Shown piece by piece: positions 35,976-45,011 of a stretch of DNA of 64,000 bases (within the stretch, counting starts at the first letter, position 1; every line of letters begins with the position of its first letter). Under the pieces are notes generated by a model. The model was not told where the DNA came from. It ran no database searches and worked only from the letters and a program-made list of their open reading frames with translations. The translations under genes were made by a program, and so were the position numbers. This DNA is from Bacteroidales bacterium (GTDB lineage: Bacteria > Bacteroidota > Bacteroidia > Bacteroidales > FEN-979): the NCBI GenBank assembly GCA_014860625.1, contig JACZJJ010000039.1, positions 871 through 64,870 of the forward strand. Reading direction: 5' to 3'.

Positions 35976-37265
35976 TCAGTCTTTCACACAACGAATAGAA
36001 AGCCCGTCACCCTTCAGGTTGCTCCCTCTCTCTATACTGCCAGTGTTGTATTCCATATAGCGTATCCAGGCAAAAGATGCAGTGTTTTGGGTAGAACTCC
36101 AGAATGCACCTAACTTCCCAATATCTCTAATTGAGCTGTTGTGGCTGCGATATCCCCCCGGAAGAGCCGTAAAATCAGTCGTATTTGACGCTGCGGTATT
36201 CGGGCTTTGCCAATGGGCCATACCGGTTTCTTTCAGCTTGCCGCCACCAACACTCGTACCTCCCAGAAACGCGGCGAGAGTTGCCCATTCCTCATCGGTG
36301 GGTAAATGCCAGCCTTCTGGACAAATAGCATCGGACGCTGCCCGCCAATTGTAAAGCACTCCGTAAGTAATGGAATCGGTGGAAGTGTTGTAAACGCAGT
36401 AAGCCGGTCCGGTGGTAAGGGAACCCCATTCTGTGCTATCACTGACTTTTTGAATGGGTGTACCATCACGGTATTTTGTTGTCCTTAAATTTTCAGCCAT
36501 CCAGGTCTGTGTTCCGATGATCGTAGTTCTATATTGGTTTCCGTCAATATCGGCTACCACGGCATCTGAGTTCTTCACACAGCGCACCGTATGCCCTTTT
36601 TCCAGAGAATTCGCGAGGATCATATAGGCACCACCATGCCCGTAGTACAATTGCGGAAGTTCACTCTCCCCCTGGGAGATAGAACTCCACCACATCGCGG
36701 CACTGCCAAAATAAGCAAAACTATGATTTTCACGCCACCCCCCAGGAAGTGCTGTAAAGCCGCTTTCATTGGTTGCTTTTTCATTGGGGCTTTGCCAATG
36801 GCTCGTCCCTGCCTCTTTGAGTTTGCCTCCTGCAATGTAGGAGCCCCCAAGATAGTCGAAGAGTATAGACCAGTCGTCTACAGTAGGTACGTGCCAGCCT
36901 TCGGGTGCAAGAGTGCCTGTCTTTACTGCATACCCGTTATAGTAGGCTCCGTATGAGATTTTATATGAAGTATCATTGTTATAAAAACAATACCCGGGGC
37001 TGGTTAATTTATTCCACGCTGATTGATCAGCCACCAAGGAGATCAGGCTGCCATCATTTAACCTGGTGGTCCTCAGGTTTTCAGCCATCCATATCTGTGT
37101 CCCGATCTGGATGGTCTTGTACACATTGCCATCCACATCGGTCACAATACCCGAGGCTCCGGGAGGGTTTACTTCCTGCACCTGTTCATCTTTCTTACAG
37201 CCCGCAGCCAGTAGCAAAACCGCTGCTGAAAACAACAACGGGAATGCCAGATTTCTGATTTTCAT
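35976..37265 (-). CDS. Lipoprotein with two FISUMP (Fibrobacter succinogenes major paralogous) domains
   Basis: ATG at 37265 (MKIRNLAFPLLFSAAVLLLAAGC lipobox). There are two copies of the pattern GTQ(I/T)WMAENLRTT...GWH(V/L)PT..(D/E)W..L...LGG....GGKLKE.G..HWQSPN...N.(S/T).F(T)ALPGG. The upstream 98 codons of the listed ORF overlap the preceding gene and were trimmed. Confidence 0.75.
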   Translation of the reverse strand: MKIRNLAFPLLFSAAVLLLAAGCKKDEQVQEVNPPGASGIVTDVDGNVYKTIQIGTQIWMAENLRTTRLNDGSLISLVADQSAWNKLTSPGYCFYNNDTSYKISYGAYYNGYAVKTGTLAPEGWHVPTVDDWSILFDYLGGSYIAGGKLKEAGTSHWQSPNEKATNESGFTALPGGWRENHSFAYFGSAAMWWSSISQGESELPQLYYGHGGAYMILANSLEKGHTVRCVKNSDAVVADIDGNQYRTTIIGTQTWMAENLRTTKYRDGTPIQKVSDSTEWGSLTTGPAYCVYNTSTDSITYGVLYNWRAASDAICPEGWHLPTDEEWATLAAFLGGTSVGGGKLKETGMAHWQSPNTAASNTTDFTALPGGYRSHNSSIRDIGKLGAFWSSTQNTASFAWIRYMEYNTGSIERGSNLKGDGLSIRCVKD

Positions 37266-37398
37266 GTTTTTAGTCTTAAAGTTGTTCATTAAATATCCTG
37301 AATTCAGTTTTATAATCCATTGATATTCATTATTATATCGCTCATTTTCCCGTTGAGACAAACTGGATGACTTTTTTTCCATGATCCCTCTGTCTTTG

Positions 37399-39657
37399 TC
37401 ACTGCCCAAAAATTTCCGAATACGGATAGGTGAATGAATAACAATACTGGGTGCACCACTGGTATTCAAAATCCATGAAAGCAGGTCCCCAGTTTTTACC
37501 GGTATTTGTATTGTAAACTTCCATGAAATTAAATTCAGTATAACCGTTGTTTGCTGCAAGGGTCACAGGGCTCATTTCTGTTTCCTGGAAACCATTCATA
37601 AACTCAGGTTTGTTGTTGTAATCGTAAATGGTACTCCACTGGTCGTTCACATGATTCAGATCGAACCTTCGACTGTAGATCTCAAAATTCACCGGAAACA
37701 CCTGCATCTGTTTCCCCAGGGCCCTGACATCGGTAAAATAGGTCATTGAAACATCCGATCCGCCGGAAGGTGCGGGTGCCAACGTATAATTGACGCCATA
37801 TGCCAGCGAAATATTAACCGAGCCTTCTGTACCGCTTGCATACTGCACATTTCCCCTGTAGGTTATATTGTTCAGGAAGGGCGGCGGATTAAAGGATGGG
37901 GGTGTCGTTCCTTGCTGCGGAGAGGAAGGGAAAGCAATATACTGCCCGGGGTCAGTCCAGGTAAAACCGTATATATTATTCGGAAGTCCAATTGGCGGAC
38001 CGCCCTGGTGAAAATTAAAAAGAAATGGGAGTGCAGCCCGTTCTGTGAAATCATACATGGACAGGCGCATAAAACCCCAGTACCAGCCCCAGGAGGTAAA
38101 CCCGAAGGCCATGGTGTTGGTGGTTGTCGGATTCACTGTTGCCGTGGCGGGGTCGGGTTGATCGGGGTCATAATAAAGCACTTTTACAACCCCCTGGACA
38201 GGCAGTTCATGACGCCATGGATGGTAGGCATCGGAACTGAAGATCTGAATGGTGTGGTCCCCTCCTGTGAACGCTTGTGAAGTATCCTGGATGCTGTAGA
38301 AGTTCCATTCATTGTCGGCCATTGCCAGGCTGTCGTTCCATTTGGTATAGGGGTAAATGCTCGGATATTTATCAGCATTGGCTGTGAAAGACACGGCAGA
38401 CGCGTCAATTGAACCGGAAATAGAATTTACCGGTACTGTTTTGCCATTGGTGAGATCATTCGGTGTGATTACCGTACCGTTGACTATCGAATAATTAAGG
38501 CCCACCGACTGAAGGAGAAGCGCCGCAATAAACCTCGACCGTGCAAGTCCGTTCAGGTAGGTCGTATCAGGGGCCATCGCCAGTTGATAGTACTGCATGT
38601 CGGAGGCAAATTGCACCTTGTTCCGGAAGTCGGCCAGGTTAAGCACCATGAAATCAACTGTATTCAGGTATGCGTTGATCTCATCCTCGATCTGATGCCT
38701 GAACGTGCCATAAAGGTATTCCCTGAAGGTAAATCCGGTAGTGTCCTGAGCATTCACGATATTTCCATACACTGTAAGCGCCTGATACTGATAATTGATG
38801 ATCGTAGAAAAATAGTTCTCAAGGATGCCCAGGGCAGTTGATGCATGTTGACTCTGATGCGCTGAACCATAGCTCTGGATGATAACCTGTTCGGCGAACT
38901 TGGCCAGTAGTCCGTCCTGTAGCAGCGATGAATTGGGGCAAACCAGTCCATGCAGGCCCGTAACACTGGCAACAGCTCCGCTGGTGTTGTTGCCTGCAGC
39001 AACTGAGTAGTATTGCTGCCAGAATGTTTCAAGCATACTCCAGGAGGGCCCTGCCAGTCCCATTTTTATGTCAAGGGCTGTCTGCGAATAATAGAGCAGG
39101 CCGCTGTTTGAAGTGGAAGAATAAAGATCACCGATGTTGTCGAAATATTTTTGTGCATTCAGGGCAAGCTCGAAGTTTTCCAGTTTTGTAAAGTCGAGCG
39201 ACATCTCTGCTGCAAGTGCTGAGAGGCTGGCATTCAGGGAGGCAAGTTCCGCGTTAATGGAAGTAAGCTGTCCGTTCATGTTCTCCAGTTCAGCCTGCGT
39301 TTTTACATGCTCGGTTTCATTCCTCGATTCAAAATAGATATCCAAACCCAGTTCAGCAATTTCGAAGAAGGGAAAATCTCCGACATTTCCCTGGACTCCA
39401 AATAACCGGCTCTGATACAACCCTTTGCCGATCTGTAAATGGTGAAAAGCACTCAAACCGCCCCCCGATGCCTTTTCATGGGGAAGAAGGATTTCGGGCA
39501 ATTTCCCTGGGATTAGCAGATTCTGAGCCGAAGGCGGGATGGGTTCATAGTTGACATCGTTCCCCTTCCGGCAACCTGACGACACGACTACGATAAGCCC
39601 GCTGATGAATATCAGGGAGCGCACGGCATACCTGAATATCCTTGATGACAGGATCAT
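37399..39657 (-). CDS. Large hypothetical lipoprotein (752 aa): helical/coiled-coil N-terminal half, beta-rich C-terminal half
   Basis: Lipobox VVVSSGC. There is a heptad-like stretch ELENMNGQLTSINAELASLNASLSALAAEM. I recognise no family motif. Confidence 0.55.
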   Translation of the reverse strand: MILSSRIFRYAVRSLIFISGLIVVVSSGCRKGNDVNYEPIPPSAQNLLIPGKLPEILLPHEKASGGGLSAFHHLQIGKGLYQSRLFGVQGNVGDFPFFEIAELGLDIYFESRNETEHVKTQAELENMNGQLTSINAELASLNASLSALAAEMSLDFTKLENFELALNAQKYFDNIGDLYSSTSNSGLLYYSQTALDIKMGLAGPSWSMLETFWQQYYSVAAGNNTSGAVASVTGLHGLVCPNSSLLQDGLLAKFAEQVIIQSYGSAHQSQHASTALGILENYFSTIINYQYQALTVYGNIVNAQDTTGFTFREYLYGTFRHQIEDEINAYLNTVDFMVLNLADFRNKVQFASDMQYYQLAMAPDTTYLNGLARSRFIAALLLQSVGLNYSIVNGTVITPNDLTNGKTVPVNSISGSIDASAVSFTANADKYPSIYPYTKWNDSLAMADNEWNFYSIQDTSQAFTGGDHTIQIFSSDAYHPWRHELPVQGVVKVLYYDPDQPDPATATVNPTTTNTMAFGFTSWGWYWGFMRLSMYDFTERAALPFLFNFHQGGPPIGLPNNIYGFTWTDPGQYIAFPSSPQQGTTPPSFNPPPFLNNITYRGNVQYASGTEGSVNISLAYGVNYTLAPAPSGGSDVSMTYFTDVRALGKQMQVFPVNFEIYSRRFDLNHVNDQWSTIYDYNNKPEFMNGFQETEMSPVTLAANNGYTEFNFMEVYNTNTGKNWGPAFMDFEYQWCTQYCYSFTYPYSEIFGQ

Positions 39658-39679
39658 GGGTTTGTACGATTGAACCCGG

Positions 39680-40129
39680 TTACTTTTTTGTCGCGGTATA
39701 CGTTACCCTGACAATGGGTGAGCCTGGTCTACTGGTGAATTCTCTGGATATTGTCCCGGTGAGAGAAAGGTCCGCTACATTGAAAGTACCGATGATGGAA
39801 TCGTGCATGGACAGTCCATTATTGTATGCAAACATGTTGTCAGTTGCAAAGGGTATTGTCTGATTGTCAAAATCAGCATCCACTTTGTCATAAATGCCTG
39901 TGGCCTGGTAAAGGATACCATATTTGTATCTTTTCAGGTTAAGGGTGGCACCTGTGTTGGTAACTATAAAGATTACCGTATCGTTCTGAGATGTAAAGCC
40001 TTGCCATGTTCCCATAAGCTGCGGGTATTTGGGTGTTGGCGCAGGGGCCGGGTCTTCTGATTTGGTACAGGAAACAGCTAATACACCAACTGTAATCAGC
40101 ATGATAAAAAATGATTGTATCGTTTTCAT
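39680..40129 (-). CDS. Small hypothetical lipoprotein (149 aa), beta-rich (lipocalin-like size)
   Basis: Lipobox VLAVSC, then a Pro-rich linker (EDPAPAPTPKYP). It lies 22 nt upstream of the 752-aa gene on the same strand. Confidence 0.5.
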   Translation of the reverse strand: MKTIQSFFIMLITVGVLAVSCTKSEDPAPAPTPKYPQLMGTWQGFTSQNDTVIFIVTNTGATLNLKRYKYGILYQATGIYDKVDADFDNQTIPFATDNMFAYNNGLSMHDSIIGTFNVADLSLTGTISREFTSRPGSPIVRVTYTATKK

Positions 40130-40467
40130 GATTTGGTCTTTTTGGTTTTCACATGTTAATGAAATGAAATATTTTGCAAATGTAATAATGATTTAGTCTA
40201 AATAAACTATATTGTGAAAATATTTTATTTAGTTATATGATTGCAGGGATCGGGATCGACTTGTGAAACTATGTGAATCCAAGTAGTAAGATCAACGCTG
40301 ATCAGCTTACCGTGTCATCAGGAACCGGCGCCGGTTGATCTTCCTGGATTCAAAACTAGCATGTGGCTGAAGTGTTGGAAAGTTTGTCTGACATGTCTGG
40401 AATTAACGGATTCCAAAAGTAATCTGGAACAAACATGGAACAAACCTGCACTGTGATCAGGTTTCTG

Positions 40468-40540
40468 AGCCTCTCAGCGGACTCGAACCGCCGACCTGCT
40501 AATTACGAATCAGCTGCTCTACCAACTGAGCTAAAGAGGC
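40468..40540 (-). tRNA. tRNA-Thr (anticodon CGU)
   Basis: The reverse complement folds as a cloverleaf: GCCTCTT-TA-GCTC-AGTTGGTA-GAGC-A-GCTGA-TTCGTAA-TTAGC-AGGTC-GGCGG-TTCGAGT-CCGCT-GAGAGGC-T. No CCA is encoded. Confidence 0.9.
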
Positions 40541-40565
40541 GCTTTAATGCTGCGGGTTTGGTATG

Positions 40566-40593
40566 GTAGGGGCAGGTTCCAAACCTGCCCTAC
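40566..40593. other. 12-bp (one bulge) hairpin between the two tRNA genes
   Basis: gtaggggcaggtt cca aacctgccctac. Confidence 0.6.
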
Positions 40594-40605
40594 TAACCGC
40601 GGCTG

Positions 40606-40679
40606 TCGGGATGAGAAGACTCGAACTTCCGACCCCCACGTCCCGAACGTGGTGCGCTAGCCAACTGCGCTACATCCCG
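40606..40679 (-). tRNA. tRNA-Pro (anticodon CGG)
   Basis: Reverse complement: CGGGATG-TA-GCGC-AGTTGGCTA-GCGC-A-CCACG-TTCGGGA-CGTGG-GGGTC-GGAAG-TTCGAGT-CTTCT-CATCCCG-A. Confidence 0.9.
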
Positions 40680-40740
40680 GCTTTTCCCCGAATTCAATAC
40701 CATGAGGCAGAATTATGGGAGCGCAAAAATACAAAAAATA

Positions 40741-42039
40741 TTACAGATCCAGAAACCAATTCCCCAGACGGTCAAATCCCTTTACAATCTTTGGGCAATA
40801 CTCTTTTACAAAGGAGCCGTTCAGTCCATTTTCCTGGAAATTCTCAGAGGCGGCGAGGAGTGCACGCTGGCCATCAAAATCAACGTAAGCCATTCGGGCA
40901 GTGAGTTCGTCCCCATTCCGGGCAAAATCGCTGCCGGGCAAAACTGCAACGCCTGTTTCATCCAGAAGCCGATTCGCCAGGTCGAGGGAATTCATGATCC
41001 CGCGGCTGGCCAGTCTCTGACGAAAGGGGGTGAAATTGGGAAACATATAAAACCCTCCTTGAGGGAGCTGTATATCAAGACCCATTTCATGGAATCGGTC
41101 TGTCATAAAATGGGCGATCGATTTAAGAATCCGCCTGGAGTGATGCAGATAGAGGTCGATTTCAGGATGGTCTTCAAATGCGGTCACTGCAGCATGCTGG
41201 ATAGGTGCTGAAGTGGAGGTAAACGTTTCGCTGGCAACAACCGAGATGGCATCCTGAAGCCATGACAGGTTTGAGGGGAACGAGAATGTCCCCAGCCGCC
41301 AACCTCCGGCGCCACACCATTTGCTCAATCCGCTGCTGACGATCGTGCCCTCGGGATAGAACCGGGCAATGGAAACATGTTGCCCCTGGTGATGAATGCC
41401 GCCGTAAATCTCGTCTGAAACAAGAATCACCTTGTACTTGCGCGCTACTTTTGCCAGAAGCTTCAACCGTTCGATCGGATAGGTATAACCGGTTGGGTTG
41501 GAAGGATAGTTCAGGATTACAATGCGGGGCCGTTCAGGATCTTCCCTGCAGATCTTCTCCAGATCCTCGTAGCTGAGTCGCCAGTTGTTTTCTTCACGGG
41601 TTGGGACCCATCTGACATGCCTTCCAATGATATGAGCCTGAGGAGAGTATGAGACCCAACTGGGTGTAGGGATAATCAGGTCGCCGTAATAGACCAGTTG
41701 AAGCAGGAAGATCAGCTCTTTGGATCCGGGGCCAATCAGGATATGAGCAGGATCCGTCGTGAGTTTCTGTGTCCTGAAATTGTATGAAGCAACCGCCTCC
41801 CGTAAGGATTGAAGCCCCTTCACAGGGAGGTAATCCTTCTGGTGGGCATTCCGTCGCAACGCTTCAACTACAATTTCAGGGACCGGGAAAGGCGATTGGC
41901 CGAGACCAAATTTAAATACCTCTTTACCTGCGTTTACAAGCTCCTGGCTCTTTTCATTGATTGCCAGTGTTGATGAAGTCTTGAGTCCCCTGACATTCAG
42001 ATTCAGGTTTATATGTAAGTGCTCCCGTTTTGTTCGCAT
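40741..42039 (-). CDS. Class I/II PLP-dependent aminotransferase (AspC-like)
   Basis: NYPSNPTG and SGLSKWCGAGGWRLG (PLP Lys) motifs, 432 aa. Confidence 0.85.
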   Translation of the reverse strand: MRTKREHLHINLNLNVRGLKTSSTLAINEKSQELVNAGKEVFKFGLGQSPFPVPEIVVEALRRNAHQKDYLPVKGLQSLREAVASYNFRTQKLTTDPAHILIGPGSKELIFLLQLVYYGDLIIPTPSWVSYSPQAHIIGRHVRWVPTREENNWRLSYEDLEKICREDPERPRIVILNYPSNPTGYTYPIERLKLLAKVARKYKVILVSDEIYGGIHHQGQHVSIARFYPEGTIVSSGLSKWCGAGGWRLGTFSFPSNLSWLQDAISVVASETFTSTSAPIQHAAVTAFEDHPEIDLYLHHSRRILKSIAHFMTDRFHEMGLDIQLPQGGFYMFPNFTPFRQRLASRGIMNSLDLANRLLDETGVAVLPGSDFARNGDELTARMAYVDFDGQRALLAASENFQENGLNGSFVKEYCPKIVKGFDRLGNWFLDL

Positions 42040-42069
42040 AAAAATAGATCGTTTCGCTAAATTATATAT

Positions 42070-42077
42070 TATATTTG
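42070..42077 (+). promoter_or_regulatory. -7 box (TATATTTG) for the amino-acid permease gene
   Basis: It lies 39 nt upstream of the ATG at 42117. Confidence 0.4.
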
Positions 42078-42116
42078 AAATTCTAACCTCATGTTAAGTA
42101 TAAACTGAACACGCCG

Positions 42117-43526
42117 ATGAGCAATCAAAAAAAATCCCTTGGAATGTTCACCCTTTCCATGATCAGTGTTGCTGCAGTGCTTTCTGTCAGGAATTACCCC
42201 GGCATGGCCGAGGAGGGCTGGTCGATGATACTCTGGTATTTTATTGGTTCTTTCTTCTTCCTCTTACCACTGGCCCTGGTTGCTGCTGAACTTGCATCCG
42301 GATGGCCACAGGAGGGAGGGGTTTATGCATGGGTCAAAGAGGCCTTCGGGATCAAAACCGGTTTCATGTCGATCTGGGCCGTCTTCATCGAAAATATCCC
42401 CTGGTACCCTACCGTACTATCCTTTATGGCTGTTACCATCGCTTACATATTCAACCCTTCAATTGCGAACAACCACATTTTCGTCGGGTGTGTCATGCTG
42501 GGCCTGTGGTGGGGGCTTACCCTGTTGAATTTTATGGGTCCTAACCTGGTGGCACGTTTCAGCTCCCTGGGCACCATCCTTGGGTCCATTGTACCTTCTG
42601 TTGTTCTCATCGCTTTAGGCATTACCTGGATGGCAATGGGAAAACCCAGTCAGCTTCCCCCATTTACATTTCAGGAGATTCTTCCCGTTACGTTTAATAT
42701 GGGGGTTCTGGTTTATGCATCCTCTATCCTGCTCATGTTTGCGGGCGTTGAGATGTCGGGATACTATGCCAGCCATGTCGACAATCCGCAGAAAAAATAT
42801 CCGCGTGCGATGTTAATGGCTACCCTGTTGATCTTTCTTTTGAGTGTCTTTGGTACCTTACCTATTGCCATGGTCATTCCAGCCGATAAAATCAGCCTGA
42901 CAGGAGGAGTCATCCAGGTAATGGATACCATCTTTATTTCCCTCGGCATGCAATGGGCCACACCTGTTATGGCTGTGATGCTGGTCTTAGGTGGAATTGC
43001 GCTGATGAGTACCTGGATGATGGGTCCGCTCACCAGTATGGCCCCTATCTCCCGGGCCGGGTTTTTGCCTCCCTTCTTCAGGAAACAAAATAAGCACAAA
43101 TCACCTGTTGGCCCCCTGCTGGTTCAGGGAGCTTTGTCAACCCTGTTAATCCTGGCCATGGTATTCATTCCAAACATCAACACCGCCTATTGGATCCTGA
43201 CCTCCTTTACTACTACCCTTCTGACCCTTTACTATCTCCCTGTATTTGCAGCTGTGATCAAACTCCGGTATACACAGCCCAGCACCCCCAGGCCATTTAA
43301 GATATGGGGCGGAAATTACGGGATATGGATCATTGCGGGGATCGGGTTTCTGGCAACGACCTTTGCCGGATTCATGGCATTCAACAAACCCGATGGAATA
43401 GATATGTTTTCCAACATGGAGTATATGCTGATCATGACCATTGGAACCGTTATCTGGATGATTCCTTACTTATTGTTTCGATGGTTCCGCAGGCCAGGAT
43501 GGAAAGCGGACGACCCTGCAAGTTAG
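42117..43526 (+). CDS. Amino acid permease (APC superfamily)
   Basis: 469 aa with about 12 hydrophobic spans and an N-terminal pattern (LSMISVAAVLSVRNYP..) like glutamate/GABA-type APC transporters. Confidence 0.8.
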   Translation: MSNQKKSLGMFTLSMISVAAVLSVRNYPGMAEEGWSMILWYFIGSFFFLLPLALVAAELASGWPQEGGVYAWVKEAFGIKTGFMSIWAVFIENIPWYPTVLSFMAVTIAYIFNPSIANNHIFVGCVMLGLWWGLTLLNFMGPNLVARFSSLGTILGSIVPSVVLIALGITWMAMGKPSQLPPFTFQEILPVTFNMGVLVYASSILLMFAGVEMSGYYASHVDNPQKKYPRAMLMATLLIFLLSVFGTLPIAMVIPADKISLTGGVIQVMDTIFISLGMQWATPVMAVMLVLGGIALMSTWMMGPLTSMAPISRAGFLPPFFRKQNKHKSPVGPLLVQGALSTLLILAMVFIPNINTAYWILTSFTTTLLTLYYLPVFAAVIKLRYTQPSTPRPFKIWGGNYGIWIIAGIGFLATTFAGFMAFNKPDGIDMFSNMEYMLIMTIGTVIWMIPYLLFRWFRRPGWKADDPAS

Positions 43527-43541
43527 ACCGTTTCAGTATGT

Positions 43542-44834
43542 TCAGATTTCCATGAGTTTCGAAGCCAGCTCCGACAGATGAACATCCGGACTGATAACCA
43601 GTGATGGTTTCAGGAAATCAAGGGATCCCTTTTCCCGCTTTAGCCTCTCTTCGCCTCCACCCGTGATATTCAGCATGATCACCGCATCAGGCGAAACGGA
43701 TTTATTGTTAACCGCATGAATCAATGATGCGGTGGCAACTGCAGCAGCCGGGTGTATGTCGATCCCTTCTGTTTCTTCAAAGAGTCGGGCCGCATCAGCT
43801 GCTTCCCGGTTGGTCATGAACTCCAACTCACCGTCTGTGTCCACCATGGCATCAAAGAGCCCCCCAATGATCCCCCAGGGTGGTTTCCTGTTTGAGAGTA
43901 CCTTGGCATTGATCTCCATCACTTGTTCACGTGCCAGCTGGTCATCCTGGGGAAAGAGATCCCGGGAGCGGGCTTTCCAGGCATCAACCATCGGATGAAA
44001 CGGGTAGTTTTGAGAAAGGACCAATTTCATCTTGTGAGAACCAAAACGACCATCGGAAAGTAACCGGAGATTTGCTTCCCAGGCTGCAATGGCACCTGTA
44101 CCGCTGCCAATTGCCTGGAAATAGAGATCTGGAATTCTCCCAATAGTGGTTGCCGCTGAAAGTACCGTTGTGGCCATGCCATCTCTGCGAGCGATGTTTT
44201 TAGCTCCACCTTCTGGTATAAATCCATCAATCTGGCAAACCAGGTTGGAAAGGTGAATAGCATCGTAATAATCGCATCCGGGAGGGGGTGAAATGAGTGT
44301 GATACAATCATTTAACGGTGTATCAAACCACAACGCACAAAGTGTATCCGAGGGCACCGAAAGAAGCAGCGGGATGTTGTTGTCGGAACAAACACGCGCA
44401 AATGCCCTGGCTGTATTTCCTGCCGATGCGACAACCAGCGTTTGATGTTGTTCCGGCCTGAGACGGGCACAAACCGAATAGGCCTCCGTTTCTTTGAACG
44501 AGCAGGTGCGCATCAGCGCTCCTTTTTCCGGCCAGTATCCGCTAAACGTAATATAGAGGTTCTCCAGCCCAAGATGATTCGCAAATTTTTCACTCTTAAA
44601 CGTAACTGGTGCCGACGATCCTTCAAGTATCCGGTGCAGCGGAAGCCAGTCTCCGAATTTATAAATGCCGTAGCGATCATCGTTCAATGTAATCTGAATG
44701 TTGTCATAAACACTTGAAAGCAGTGAAGGTTTTGGTTCTCCTGTTGCGTCAAGGATCCATCCTTTATCCTCAAACGTGTTGCCTGTAATACGAGATGCGA
44801 GGTGGTACCGGGTTGGGAGTTGAATTTCACTCAT
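43542..44834 (-). CDS. Threonine-synthase-fold PLP enzyme, cysteate-synthase-like
   Basis: PLP-Lys context CSFKETEAYS and the ASAGNTARAFA loop of the TrpB/ThrC fold. The N-terminal pattern Y.L....G..FEDKGW.LD......SLL...Y...Q....D..GIYKF.DWLPL recalls the cysteate synthase family. The subfamily assignment is from memory and was not searched. Confidence 0.55.
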   Translation of the reverse strand: MSEIQLPTRYHLASRITGNTFEDKGWILDATGEPKPSLLSSVYDNIQITLNDDRYGIYKFGDWLPLHRILEGSSAPVTFKSEKFANHLGLENLYITFSGYWPEKGALMRTCSFKETEAYSVCARLRPEQHQTLVVASAGNTARAFARVCSDNNIPLLLSVPSDTLCALWFDTPLNDCITLISPPPGCDYYDAIHLSNLVCQIDGFIPEGGAKNIARRDGMATTVLSAATTIGRIPDLYFQAIGSGTGAIAAWEANLRLLSDGRFGSHKMKLVLSQNYPFHPMVDAWKARSRDLFPQDDQLAREQVMEINAKVLSNRKPPWGIIGGLFDAMVDTDGELEFMTNREAADAARLFEETEGIDIHPAAAVATASLIHAVNNKSVSPDAVIMLNITGGGEERLKREKGSLDFLKPSLVISPDVHLSELASKLMEI

Positions 44835-44859
44835 GGAATGCTGGTGGTTTGTTCTCTGG

Positions 44860-44867
44860 CAAAAATA
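44860..44867 (-). promoter_or_regulatory. -7 box (TATTTTTG on the minus strand) for the cysteate-synthase-like gene
   Basis: Plus-strand caaaaata, 25 nt upstream of the ATG at 44834. Confidence 0.5.
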
Positions 44868-44888
44868 CAGAAAATGGGAGGAAAAAGG

Positions 44889-44896
44889 TACTTTTG
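44889..44896 (+). promoter_or_regulatory. -7 box (TACTTTTG) directly abutting the 8-nt array upstream of the ybaN-like gene
   Basis: Its last base is the first base of the array, so the array would be transcribed as the leader or 5' coding end. Confidence 0.45.
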
Positions 44897-45011
44897 CGAA
44901 ATGGCGAAATGGCGAAATGGTGAGATGGTGAAATGGTGAGATGGTGAAATGGTGAAATGGCGAAATGACGAAATGGCGAAATAGCGAAAAGCGAAAAGCG
45001 AAAAGCGAAAA
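44896..45011. repeat. Phased array: 11 x 8 nt (GCGAAATG/GTGAAATG/GTGAGATG), then 4 x 7 nt (GCGAAAA)
   Basis: gcgaaatg x3, gtgagatg, gtgaaatg, gtgagatg, gtgaaatg x2, gcgaaatg, acgaaatg, gcgaaata, gcgaaaa x4. It lies in the divergent spacer and contains an ATG in nearly every 8-nt unit. Confidence 0.95.

Noticed and set aside
35976-37559. The full 527-aa ORF as listed, which overlaps the 3' end of the 752-aa gene by 160 nt.
   Set aside because: The first ~98 codons have no signal or domain character and overlap the upstream gene. The ATG at 37265 gives a standard lipoprotein signal directly before the first FISUMP domain.
35125-40467. A tRNA-targeted genomic island or integrative element (tRNAs on one side, a decayed gene on the other, hypothetical lipoproteins inside).
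   Set aside because: I could see no integrase/recombinase, no mobility genes and no direct repeat of either tRNA 3' end. It remains possible as an old, degraded island, but the sequence does not support that call.
40563-41211. Plus-strand ORFs 40563-40904 and 40702-41211.
   Set aside because: The first runs across the tRNA-Pro gene. Both are antisense to, or overlap, the well-supported aminotransferase CDS and have no recognisable motifs.
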